A DNA stretch of 64,000 bases from assembly GCA_963741955.1 (NCBI GenBank), contig CAVUKB010000005.1, positions 992,001 to 1,056,000 on the forward strand, read 5' to 3'. Made by a program: the position numbers and the translations under genes. Positions within the stretch are counted from its first letter, which is position 1; every line of letters begins with the position of its first letter. The stretch comes from an uncultured Acidobacteriota bacterium. GTDB taxonomy: Bacteria; Acidobacteriota; Thermoanaerobaculia; Gp7-AA8. The notes below the pieces were generated by a model. It had not been told where the DNA came from and did not search any database. It worked only from the letters and a program-made list of their open reading frames with translations. This document shows positions 17,551 through 26,739 of the stretch, piece by piece.

Positions 17551-19869
17551 TCAACGTCGTCCGGACGGGTGCTGCCTGGAGGGAGTGATCACGAGGTCGT
17601 ACGGGATCATCACGATATTGTCTTCAGGAGAACCGTCGGTCACGTCGTCGGAAACGATGACGGCGGTGGCCGTCCATTTCATGAGCGGTATCCGCACTTT
17701 CAGTGAAGCGTTCCCAGGAATGGCGGACAACCGCTCTTCCCATTCTGGCTTCGCTGCACCGGAACGGGTGAAAACCATACCGGCTTCCGTGACCGGAGTC
17801 GCCGTTTCGTTGCGAATGGTGAATGTGGAGTGCCAATACCACTGATCCTTCGGAGTCATTCCGTTCAATCGAATCGAGAGATCCCCTTCCCCCATGCTCG
17901 CAAACCGTCCGCTCCAAAGCGCGTTCCACGGACTGTCCGGCGATTGCCGGTCGAGAAAGAGCATCACGCCACCGGCTCCGAATGCGGCGGCATCGACTCC
18001 CGAGAGTCCCGTCATCCCGGCGGGATGATCCCAGGCATCGAAGACAACCAGACGCTCCGGCGCGCCCGCGATCGCCTTCCAGCCTGCCGGGTCCGGGGCG
18101 ATGCTCCGGAGCCCGTTCAACAGCGGCGTCGGGCGCGGCTCGCCGAGGGGAGATCCATCGCGCGCGAGATGAAGAAGGGAAACGGGGAAAACTCCGTACG
18201 GAACCACCCACGTCCCGTCAGCGAGTCCGATCGCATCCGCCAACGAGGCGCGGGACTCGATGTGCTGTGCCTCGCCGAGCAGGTTTCCGTCTGCTCCGAT
18301 CGCGAGAATCTCCAGGTACTGGTCGGGAACGAAACAGGGGCTGAGCTGGCAGCTGAATCCTCCCTGGATGAGGAGGAGCCGCTCTGCGCCGTTCCGAACG
18401 ACACCGACGAGCGGGTCGAGATCCGAGAATCGTGAGGCGCTGGACGGAGCGGCGTCGATCGGTGTTCCATCGACTGCGAACCGCTGCCAGAAGACATCGT
18501 CGTGGTTCGCCCATGCGAGGAAGATGTCGTTCTCACTGACGTCGAGATCGAAGGAGGCCGTCGGAATCGGCGACGAGATCAGGAGCACCGGCTGGAGCCA
18601 CTCCCCTCCCCGCGCGAGTCGTTGGAGCCACAACCCCTCCTGGTTGCCCGAAAGGAGCGCGAATCCATCCGGAGTCGCGGTCATCGCATACGATCCTCCG
18701 GAAGGAGAGGCGAGGTTGGCGAGAAGCACACCGTTCGAGTCGACCAGCAACAGCCGTCTCGACGGACGTGCATCGACCCACTCGAAAGTCGGAACGAGGG
18801 TCACGTCTCCAGAAACGACCGTCGTCAGGTTCAGGAAACCGTCCGAAGTCTCTCTCTTGAAATCGATCGGCGACGAGACGATCGTACGCGGATCTCCTTC
18901 CGCGATCGCTGCGACGCCCCACGGTCGCATCACGAGGTAGGTCTCTCCCACCCGGTCGCCGCCGACGATCGGATCTGCGTTCCCGAGGCTCTTCAACGTT
19001 CCGGAGCGGTCGATCGACGCGGCGAAGTACTCCTCACCGGCGTTCTGTCGTGCACCGTAAGAAAGAAAGAAACCGTTGCCGTCCGGGAGAGCGACCACCG
19101 TCGTGACGTTGGTTCCTGCGGGAGGGACGATCCTGGTGCCGTCCGTCATCTCCAGCTCCGGTCCGACGATTCTCGCAACCGTCTCCGAAGTCCACGAGTC
19201 CCTCGTGACGAGAAGGATGCCGTCGCCCCCCGGCGTCAGCGATACGGTGGGAGGCAGCTCGAATGGTCCGAGGGTTTTCGACCGAAGCGTTGCGCCGGTG
19301 CGATCGAAACGCCATACCGTCAGACGGTTCGAGTAATCCGGCAGTCGTTCATCCGCCACTGCGATGAAGCCATCGGGAATCGCCGCGATCGTCCCGTCCT
19401 GGAATGAGCCGAGAGCCCTCCGTCCGACCATCTTCGACTCGTCGACGACGGTCAGCCAGAGAATGTCTGGAGGCCCGTACTGCAATTCCAGGATTGCGAT
19501 CCGCCCGTCACTCCCCGCCGCACCGACGATGCTTCCCTTCGACGCGACGTCGAGGCGACGCACGATCGCTCCATTGGCCGCCGATTCGTGCTCGATCGCG
19601 ATTACTCCATCGCTGCCCTCGCGAAGCAGCATCCACCCGTCGCTCCACCCGACCGCCCGAACATCCGACAGCGGTCCATCGTCGAGCTTCACGCCGTCAG
19701 GGGTGATCCGCTGCCCGTGCACCAGAAACATCCCGCCGCCCGCAACGACAGGACCTGGACGCGTGTCGACGAGCTTCGACTGAGGCGTCGCGAGGAGCTG
19801 ACGGTCGACGATCCCCGAATGAAGAGTCGTCGCACAGAGACACAGAGCTGCAAACGTGGTTCGAACCAT
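17551..19869 (-). CDS. Large secreted protein with C-terminal CARDB/DUF11-like domain
   Basis: Signal MVRTTFAALCLCATTLHS; GDLSIRL..IRNET..DGSPEDN; ends PSRQHPSGRR. Confidence 0.7.
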   Translation of the reverse strand: MVRTTFAALCLCATTLHSGIVDRQLLATPQSKLVDTRPGPVVAGGGMFLVHGQRITPDGVKLDDGPLSDVRAVGWSDGWMLLREGSDGVIAIEHESAANGAIVRRLDVASKGSIVGAAGSDGRIAILELQYGPPDILWLTVVDESKMVGRRALGSFQDGTIAAIPDGFIAVADERLPDYSNRLTVWRFDRTGATLRSKTLGPFELPPTVSLTPGGDGILLVTRDSWTSETVARIVGPELEMTDGTRIVPPAGTNVTTVVALPDGNGFFLSYGARQNAGEEYFAASIDRSGTLKSLGNADPIVGGDRVGETYLVMRPWGVAAIAEGDPRTIVSSPIDFKRETSDGFLNLTTVVSGDVTLVPTFEWVDARPSRRLLLVDSNGVLLANLASPSGGSYAMTATPDGFALLSGNQEGLWLQRLARGGEWLQPVLLISSPIPTASFDLDVSENDIFLAWANHDDVFWQRFAVDGTPIDAAPSSASRFSDLDPLVGVVRNGAERLLLIQGGFSCQLSPCFVPDQYLEILAIGADGNLLGEAQHIESRASLADAIGLADGTWVVPYGVFPVSLLHLARDGSPLGEPRPTPLLNGLRSIAPDPAGWKAIAGAPERLVVFDAWDHPAGMTGLSGVDAAAFGAGGVMLFLDRQSPDSPWNALWSGRFASMGEGDLSIRLNGMTPKDQWYWHSTFTIRNETATPVTEAGMVFTRSGAAKPEWEERLSAIPGNASLKVRIPLMKWTATAVIVSDDVTDGSPEDNIVMIPYDLVITPSRQHPSGRR

Positions 19870-20102
19870 GGGCACCCGTCCTTCCACATCCAGTGTAGTA
19901 CGAGTGCCTTCCTCTTTTCGTCCGGGCTCGCGACTCCCGGACGACAGCAGAGGCCGCGAGATGACGGAGTCAAGCTTCCGCCGCACACCGTCCCGTTCGG
20001 GTTCGAACACCGCCTCGTGATGGGGCTCACATGGCACCCTGATGACTCTCACCTCTCCGGCGGTAGAGGCTCGGTACTCTTGGCGACACGAAAGGATTTG
20101 CC

Positions 20103-21047
20103 ATGCAGACCATCGAGTTGCCGGACCTCGCAGAGTATGTGAGTGCGCTGCCAGCGGAGGGCGCCGCGCGCGACCGTCAGTTGTATCGCCTCATCGACCG
20201 TCACGCTTCCGCGATGGCGGCGGCCGCGCTTCACGCCGCAGCGTCTCGTTCGGCTGCGGGTGAAGACGTTCTCTCCCTCGTGCTCGAATCGGCCGAGGCA
20301 CTCCTCACAGCCGATGGTGACGTGACCCTCGCGGATCCGTCCGCGTACGAGACGTTGCGCAGAGCGGCTCACTCGCCCGAGCTCCTCTCACTCGTTCCGA
20401 CCTGGATTCGCGAGCTGCGCCAGGTCGCGCTGGTTCGCCCCGAGAGCGGAGCCTGCACGCTCGGAACCGCTCTCGAGCTCTGGAGCTGGACCATGAATCA
20501 TTTCCTCACCGGCAAAGGATCCCAGGGCGACTCGTCTTCGCAGATCGTCGACGAACTGACCGAAGCCCTTGCTCCCATTCTCGCCGCACGCTGTCTGGTC
20601 CTCGAGGTCGCGGCGAAGGCGAGCGGTGCCGGCGGCGACGCTGCTTTGCAGTCCGCCTTTTCTCACGTTCAGGCCGCCCGCGTTTCCGGCGTACTCGGCG
20701 CCACCTGTGCGGAGCTGGTCTTCGGATACCGAAGCCACCAGGTGTGGGACTCCGAAGGCTGCGCCGCCTGTTATGCCGCGGACGAGCTGGATGACCTCGA
20801 AGCGCTGATGCCCGGAATCGCCAGCGGTACGCGACTCGCGTTCGACGTGATCGAGTCCGACGGATCACATGCAGTCAAAGCCGGACCGTGCGCACGCTTC
20901 GACGGCGTGAACGACTTCACCCGCCTGCGCAACAAACTCGACGCATGCCTCACCGGTTCCCGGCTCGCGAAGCAGCGGGCCGCGGAATCGATTTCCCGTT
21001 TCCCCGCAGACCCCCGGAAATCCAACCGTTCGAAAGGGAGGGCGTAA
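20103..21047 (+). CDS. Hypothetical protein resembling the non-catalytic C-terminal part of long acyl-CoA dehydrogenases
   Basis: AAAGGA RBS; translationally coupled (TAATG) to the ACAD; HVQAAR..CAELVFGY, KAGPC, KLDACLTGSRLAK. Confidence 0.6.
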   Translation: MQTIELPDLAEYVSALPAEGAARDRQLYRLIDRHASAMAAAALHAAASRSAAGEDVLSLVLESAEALLTADGDVTLADPSAYETLRRAAHSPELLSLVPTWIRELRQVALVRPESGACTLGTALELWSWTMNHFLTGKGSQGDSSSQIVDELTEALAPILAARCLVLEVAAKASGAGGDAALQSAFSHVQAARVSGVLGATCAELVFGYRSHQVWDSEGCAACYAADELDDLEALMPGIASGTRLAFDVIESDGSHAVKAGPCARFDGVNDFTRLRNKLDACLTGSRLAKQRAAESISRFPADPRKSNRSKGRA

Positions 21048-22663
21048 TGGCGCTCGCACGACTGGAAGCCGGCGATCTCGATCTGATCGTCGACACACTG
21101 AAGGAATTCACGGACCGCAACTCGCCGCTCGGCCAGAGGATGCATTGGGACGATACCGATACCTGCCCGGTGGACGTGGTCCGCGCGATGCTCGGTCCGG
21201 AGGTCGGGCTGCACCTCCCTTTTCTCCCGGCCGAATACGGCGGGATGGGAGGCGGCGCCTATGACATTTATCGCCTCTCCTGCGAGTTCGCACAGATCGA
21301 CCTGGGGCTCGCCACCTCGATGCTCGCGGTGGCACTCGGTACCGATCCGATCCGGGTCGGATGTACCGAGGAACAGCGGAGCCGCTGGCTGACGAGAATC
21401 GCCGGTGAGGGACTCATCGTCGCGTACGCGGTCACCGAGCCGGAGGCGGGGTCAAACGTCCAGAACGTCCAGACTCAGGCGCGGCGCATCACCGACGCCG
21501 ACGGAAACGTCACCCACTATCAGTTGACCGGCGTCAAACAGTTCATCTCGAACGGCTCGATCGCGGATCTCTACACCGTCCTGGCCAAGGCGCCGGACGG
21601 ACCGTCGTTCTTCATCGTCGAACGCGGCACCGCCGGCCTCACTCCGGGCAAACACGAGATCAAGCACGGGATCCGCCTCTCTGACACCGCTCAGGTGATC
21701 TTCGACGACGTCGTCGTTCCCGCCGACCAGCTGGTCGGTGGCAAGGAAGGCGAAGGACTGAAGCAGGCCAACGAAGTCTTCGGGTTCACGCGGCTGATGG
21801 TCGCCGGATTCGGGCTCGGCGCCGGGATCGCGGCACTGAACAAAGCGGTAGCCTACTCCAAACAGCGGCGGCAGATGGGAACGCTTCTCTGTGAGAAGCA
21901 GGGCTACACACACAAACTGCTGGTTCCGAACAGCGTCCGGCTGGCGGCGGCGCGCGCGTACATCGAGCACGTCGCAGATCTTCTCGATTCGGGACTCACG
22001 GATCGTCAGGTCGAAGGCGCGGTCGCGAAGATCTTCGCCACGGAAGCCGGCAACCTCGCCGCCGACGACGCAGTGCAGGCACTCGGCGGCTACGGTTACT
22101 GCGTCGAATTCGAAGTGGAGAAGATCCGCCGCGACGCCCGCATTCTACGCATCTACGAAGGAACTTCGGAGATCCTCCAGAACATCGTCGGGCTCTATCG
22201 GATGAGAGAGAGCGTGAAGAGTAAGGGTTCGTTCTACGGCGCAATGGCCGATCAGTGCGAACCCTTTGCGAACGCAGGAGGACCGGCTGCGGCAAAAGCG
22301 GCCCGCTTCCTCTCCATTGCGCTGGATCTACTCTTTCACGAGAAGCTCACCCGGCAGCAGCATGCGCTCTTCGAGTGCGCAACATCGATCGTGGAAGTCG
22401 AAACGGCCGTCGCGCTCGTCCGTGCGGCGGGAATCTCCGGAGATCCGCTCCTCGAGGCACAGGCGCGGGTCTGGGCCGCCGATGTCGCGGTGTCGGTTCC
22501 TACGCGACTGGTGAAGCTCTTCAGCTCCGCCGGAGTTCTCGAGCCGGCGGCGTTCGATGCATTCCTCGCAGCGGCAGACCTGCCGGGCGCGATCGCGATG
22601 CAGGCGGGACGGCTCGCGGATCTGGATCTGATCGCGCAGACCATCACCGCGGGACACGAGTAG
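21047..22663 (+). CDS. Acyl-CoA dehydrogenase
   Basis: PAEYGGMG, AYAVTEPEAGS, GVKQFISNG, QALGGYGY..EFEVEKIRRDARILRIYEGTSEI. Confidence 0.93.
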   Translation: MALARLEAGDLDLIVDTLKEFTDRNSPLGQRMHWDDTDTCPVDVVRAMLGPEVGLHLPFLPAEYGGMGGGAYDIYRLSCEFAQIDLGLATSMLAVALGTDPIRVGCTEEQRSRWLTRIAGEGLIVAYAVTEPEAGSNVQNVQTQARRITDADGNVTHYQLTGVKQFISNGSIADLYTVLAKAPDGPSFFIVERGTAGLTPGKHEIKHGIRLSDTAQVIFDDVVVPADQLVGGKEGEGLKQANEVFGFTRLMVAGFGLGAGIAALNKAVAYSKQRRQMGTLLCEKQGYTHKLLVPNSVRLAAARAYIEHVADLLDSGLTDRQVEGAVAKIFATEAGNLAADDAVQALGGYGYCVEFEVEKIRRDARILRIYEGTSEILQNIVGLYRMRESVKSKGSFYGAMADQCEPFANAGGPAAAKAARFLSIALDLLFHEKLTRQQHALFECATSIVEVETAVALVRAAGISGDPLLEAQARVWAADVAVSVPTRLVKLFSSAGVLEPAAFDAFLAAADLPGAIAMQAGRLADLDLIAQTITAGHE

Positions 22664-22844
22664 TCTCCTCCGTTCATCCACGAGAAGATCTCGATCGGCC
22701 GGCCGTCACCAGCCGGCCGATCGCGTTTCTGGTGGGAGCCTCGCGCTCACGGACCGCGCGTAAACTCGAAGCCGTGCGCAGAGCCGAACCCACCATTCCG
22801 CGAGGGGCCGAGCGGCGGGTTTCAGATGATCGCTGATCGCGACA

Positions 22845-23315
22845 TCAGTCGCGAGTCACCGCAATCTTCTGGCGGATCGCGCCGAGATGATATGCGACGT
22901 GAGCCAGCGCCCCGACCGTGCCGCCCATCGATTCGGTCCCGTCGGCAGAGTGCTCCTCCACTGCGTCGAGCAGTTCCGTGTAGCGCGCCTGCAGGGTCTG
23001 GCGCAGATCCGACCACCGGCTCTCGTCGACCCGGGCCACGCTCCAGCTTTCGTTCCAGTCACGTTGGGCGCGGTCTCCGCGGATCCACGCCGCGGAGACC
23101 TCCAGCCCGAAATTCACGTGATGCACGTGTGCGGCGATGCTCGATCCGCCGAGAGGCCGCGACGCCGTGGCCGCATCGAGCGATGCGACCGTTCCGAAGA
23201 GTCCCGCCTCGGGACCGGAGTCGGTGAAATAACTGCTCTCTCCCGCCCCCTCGAATGCTTCCTTCAGTACGTTGAGGATCTCACCTGTGGCGATCTCGTT
23301 CATGGTGTCCTGCAT
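22845..23315 (-). CDS. DinB/YfiT-family protein
   Basis: SIAAHVHH and AHVAYHLGAIRQ His motifs; AGGAGGAG RBS. Confidence 0.8.
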   Translation of the reverse strand: MQDTMNEIATGEILNVLKEAFEGAGESSYFTDSGPEAGLFGTVASLDAATASRPLGGSSIAAHVHHVNFGLEVSAAWIRGDRAQRDWNESWSVARVDESRWSDLRQTLQARYTELLDAVEEHSADGTESMGGTVGALAHVAYHLGAIRQKIAVTRD

Positions 23316-23399
23316 GATCTCTCCTCCTATCAGGAGAAGAAACACCATCATTCTCACATCCGTTCGCGGGCGCTCGCGGAATTCTCATCCTTCGCGGGG

Positions 23400-23951
23400 T
23401 CAGTGCTGATGATGCGAATGAGTGGATCCGTCGTGAGCGTATCCGCGAAGACGCTGGTACGCCGCGATCTGCTCCGTAGTCAGCAGTGCCTTCGTGCGGA
23501 GATGTGCCTGGAGATGAGTGAGGCGGAGCTTTCCCTGAAGCACGGCGATCTCGTCGATGCGGCGTGCGAGATCCTCCTGCGACACCTTACCAGCCGCGAA
23601 GTCGCGGTCGAGGGATTCCTCACCCGACACGATCTTCTTTCCGAGCTCGACCGCTTCCTGATGCATCGCGTCGAAGATCGACTGAATCTGCGACTTCTGG
23701 GGCGCGGTGAGTCGAAGCTCTTCTGCGGCGTCGAGAACGTGTCGCGGCCCCGGATAGCCGTTGAGCTCCGCGGGGAGCGCCATTCCCATTCCTTCCCCCG
23801 CGAGATAGCCACTCACCTGCGCCGCCGAGAGCGCCTTGATCGAGCGCATCTCCATCCCGGCGTAAGGCGATCTCTGCGGCTCCGCTGCAAAGAGTGAGAG
23901 GGAACAACAACTGAGAACAACGATGAGCAGAGTGCGGACGGTGGTCGTCAA
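23400..23951 (-). CDS. Periplasmic Spy/CpxP-like (heavy-metal-resistance type) protein
   Basis: Signal peptide; SPYAG..IKALS, GMGMALPAELNGYPGPRHVL, LTxxQ motifs, His-rich tail. Confidence 0.8.
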   Translation of the reverse strand: MTTTVRTLLIVVLSCCSLSLFAAEPQRSPYAGMEMRSIKALSAAQVSGYLAGEGMGMALPAELNGYPGPRHVLDAAEELRLTAPQKSQIQSIFDAMHQEAVELGKKIVSGEESLDRDFAAGKVSQEDLARRIDEIAVLQGKLRLTHLQAHLRTKALLTTEQIAAYQRLRGYAHDGSTHSHHQH

Positions 23952-24273
23952 GTTTCATCCTCCCTTCGAGCTGGTTCAGCACGAACATTCCATGAAGAGG
24001 ACGCGCCGCGATCCACTCTGGTTTCGTGAACGGCATGACGCGGCTCGCTCCCGGGGAGTGCGGATCTGCAATCCGCCGCACGGATCGCCGCACGCACGCG
24101 GCATCTACATCATCCGGATCCCGGCAGAAGCGAAGCGGATCGTCAATCTCGCCATGCTTCGAGGGTGGCACCGCCTCTCCATACATCGCGACTCGCACCT
24201 TTCCGGTCGCGGATCCCGTTCTGCGGCATCCACCCCTTCGGCTTTCGAACCGACTCTCGAAAGATCCGCGGCC

Positions 24274-25128
24274 TCAGGATTCCACTTCGCGCCGTTCGAT
24301 TTCCTCGAACAGCTTCTGAAGACGCGTCGTCATCGGACCGCGCGTCCCATCTCCGACCTCCCGCTGGTCGATCCGGGTCACCGGCATCACCCCCTGGGTC
24401 GTACTGGTCACGAACGCTTCGTCGAGACCAAACAGCTCGTCCTCGCGAAGGGGACGTTCGTCGACCCGGATCCGCTCGTCGAGCGCGGCGGAGATCACGT
24501 GATCCCGCACCGTCCCCGAGAGGATCTCGCACCCGGTCGGGTGAGTGACGATCCGGCCGTCCCGGACTGCGAAGAATGTGGAGCTCGCTCCTTCCGTAAC
24601 CTCCTTGTCCCGGATGAAGAGGACTTCGTTCGCGCCCGCCTTCCGCGCCATGTTCTTCCCGAGGGCGTTCGCGAGGAGATTCACCGACTTGACGTTGCAG
24701 AGGCCCCACCGGATGTCACGCGCGGTGATCAGTGAGATGCCGTTTCTCTTCTTCTCCGCATCCGGAAAGCGGAACGCCCGGCTGAAGGCGATGGCGGTCG
24801 GGCGGAGGTCCTTCCCCCACATGTGGGCGCGAGGCTCCTCGCCCCGGCTGACTTCGAAATAGACGACTCCGTCGTCGAAAGAGCTCCGCGAGAGCAGCTC
24901 GGAGAGAAGCGTGACGAATTCCTCCTCGCTCCACGGAACCGGAATCTCGATCTCGGTGAGACCGGATTGCAGCCGCCGGTAGTGGTCGGAGACGAACAGC
25001 GGCTTCTTGCGCAGAAACTTCAGCACTTCGTAGACCGCGTCGCCGAAGAGGAATCCGCGGTCTTCGACTCCGAGAACCCGTTCGTCGGTGGTGGTGAAAC
25101 GTCCGTTGATCCAGAGTACGTCGGCCAT
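24274..25128 (-). CDS. Class IV PLP aminotransferase (D-amino-acid aminotransferase-like)
   Basis: EDRGFLFGDAVYEV, RW..CNVKSVNLL, EGASSTFF, ILSGTVR, DEAFVTSTT. Confidence 0.9.
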   Translation of the reverse strand: MADVLWINGRFTTTDERVLGVEDRGFLFGDAVYEVLKFLRKKPLFVSDHYRRLQSGLTEIEIPVPWSEEEFVTLLSELLSRSSFDDGVVYFEVSRGEEPRAHMWGKDLRPTAIAFSRAFRFPDAEKKRNGISLITARDIRWGLCNVKSVNLLANALGKNMARKAGANEVLFIRDKEVTEGASSTFFAVRDGRIVTHPTGCEILSGTVRDHVISAALDERIRVDERPLREDELFGLDEAFVTSTTQGVMPVTRIDQREVGDGTRGPMTTRLQKLFEEIERREVES

Positions 25129-25233
25129 CGGGTCACCTCGCATGCGATTCACGCGCCGGGGTCGGGTCTTCGATCGAGCGCAGCGCGAAGGAGCCGACAA
25201 CACGGATGATGAAGTCGCCCACGCTCCCGAACG

Positions 25234-26418
25234 TCATTGCGCCTTGACGATCACCACGGTTCGATCGTCTTCGGCGCGGCGGCTCCAGCGCCCGATGCGC
25301 TGCAGAATCTCCTGTCCGATCTCCTGGGCGCTCTTCTCGGAATTGTTCTTCACCAGCCGTTTCAGCCGGTCGACACCGAATTCCTTCTCTTCCCGGTCGT
25401 GAGCTTCCGTCACTCCGTCGGAGTAGAGGCAGAGAATGTCGCCCCCCTCGAGCTGCGCAAACCCGCGGTTGTACGTCGCGTCGGGGGTCGGACCGAGAAT
25501 CATCCCTCCGTTCCGCAAATCATCGAACGAGTTCTTCCCTTTGTAGATGAACGGCGGAGGGTGTCCCGCGTTGCAGTAGATGAAGACACCGTTCGTCTCC
25601 AGTTCGCCGTAGAAGAGTGAGACGAACTTCGTGGAGAGCTTCGAACGGTGGATGATCCGGTTGAGCTTCTGCAGAGTACGGATGATCTTGAAGTCGCGGT
25701 CCGTCCCCATCCGGATGCCCATGTGAACGTCGCGGACCATCAGCGCAGCGGGAAGCCCGTGCCCCGATGCGTCGGCGATCGCGAGCCCCAGGATCGATTC
25801 GGAAACGGGGATGAAATCGTAGTAGTCGCCGCTGACGATCTCGGCGGGAAGCGTCTTCCCCCAGATGTCGTACCCCTCGTAGATGGGAATCCGCTGCGGC
25901 AGGATCGACTGCTGGATCATCTGCGCCTCGGCGATGAACGCCTCCAGGCGCTCGGCGCGGAGCTTCTGATTGATCGAGTAACGGATCAGGTTCAGCGAAA
26001 AGAGGACGTCATCCCGGATCACGTCAGGAGGGACGCTGAAGCTCAGGATGTAATTCTCGTCGCCGACCGAGATCGCCGCGAACCGCTGCGCGCCGAGCTT
26101 CTTCTCCAGGACCGGATCGACGCCGGGATCGGTCGGCTCCATCACCACCACCCCGTTCTCCAGCGTCAGAGCGATCGGAACGTAATCCTTGGAGACGAGA
26201 ATCCCGATGTCGCCCTTATTCGCCTTCCCGAACCGGTAGATCAGCTCGTAATCATCTCCATGCAGCTCGTACAGCCTCCCGCCGGAGATTCCCAGCTCGC
26301 TCTGGAAATTCGACGCGATCGTCTCCGCGATCGTGGAAATGGTCTGTCCCGTGTCGCTTCCGGTGTCGATCGCCTCGATGGTCTTCTCGACCTGAGTCAG
26401 AAGTGCCTTGTAATCCAT
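25234..26418 (-). CDS. PP2C/SpoIIE (RsbU-like) serine phosphatase
   Basis: VSGDYYD, IADASGHGLPAAL, CNAGHPPP, LYSDGVTEA, EDDRTVV. Confidence 0.92.
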   Translation of the reverse strand: MDYKALLTQVEKTIEAIDTGSDTGQTISTIAETIASNFQSELGISGGRLYELHGDDYELIYRFGKANKGDIGILVSKDYVPIALTLENGVVVMEPTDPGVDPVLEKKLGAQRFAAISVGDENYILSFSVPPDVIRDDVLFSLNLIRYSINQKLRAERLEAFIAEAQMIQQSILPQRIPIYEGYDIWGKTLPAEIVSGDYYDFIPVSESILGLAIADASGHGLPAALMVRDVHMGIRMGTDRDFKIIRTLQKLNRIIHRSKLSTKFVSLFYGELETNGVFIYCNAGHPPPFIYKGKNSFDDLRNGGMILGPTPDATYNRGFAQLEGGDILCLYSDGVTEAHDREEKEFGVDRLKRLVKNNSEKSAQEIGQEILQRIGRWSRRAEDDRTVVIVKAQ

Positions 26419-26490
26419 ACTGAATTCGCCTCTCGCCCGGTGCGAAGCATACCGTCGGCGAGAGGATCCGGCAACGTTGGGGAGAAACGG

Positions 26491-26620
26491 AATTGCGCGA
26501 ATTGCGCGATTTGCGCGATTTGCGCGAATTGCGCGATTTGACACGATCGTGGTCTGAGGTTGCCCCGGTTCGACCTGCTCGATTCGCGCAAATCGCGCAA
26601 TTCGCGCAGTTCGCGCAAAT
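26491..26620. repeat. 9-mer tandem repeats in inverted arrangement
   Basis: (AWTTGCGCG)x5 at 26491-26535 and the complementary (RWTCGCGCA)x4 at 26582-26617. Confidence 0.85.
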
Positions 26621-26739
26621 GAAATCGCCCTCGAAGCCGACGCCTGACCGTTCCCCCGAATCGCTCCGTCACCCACACTCCGACCGGCCGGAGCAAATCC
26701 CCTCCCTTCGGCAGCCCGCGTCCACCCACGACGCTCGCG

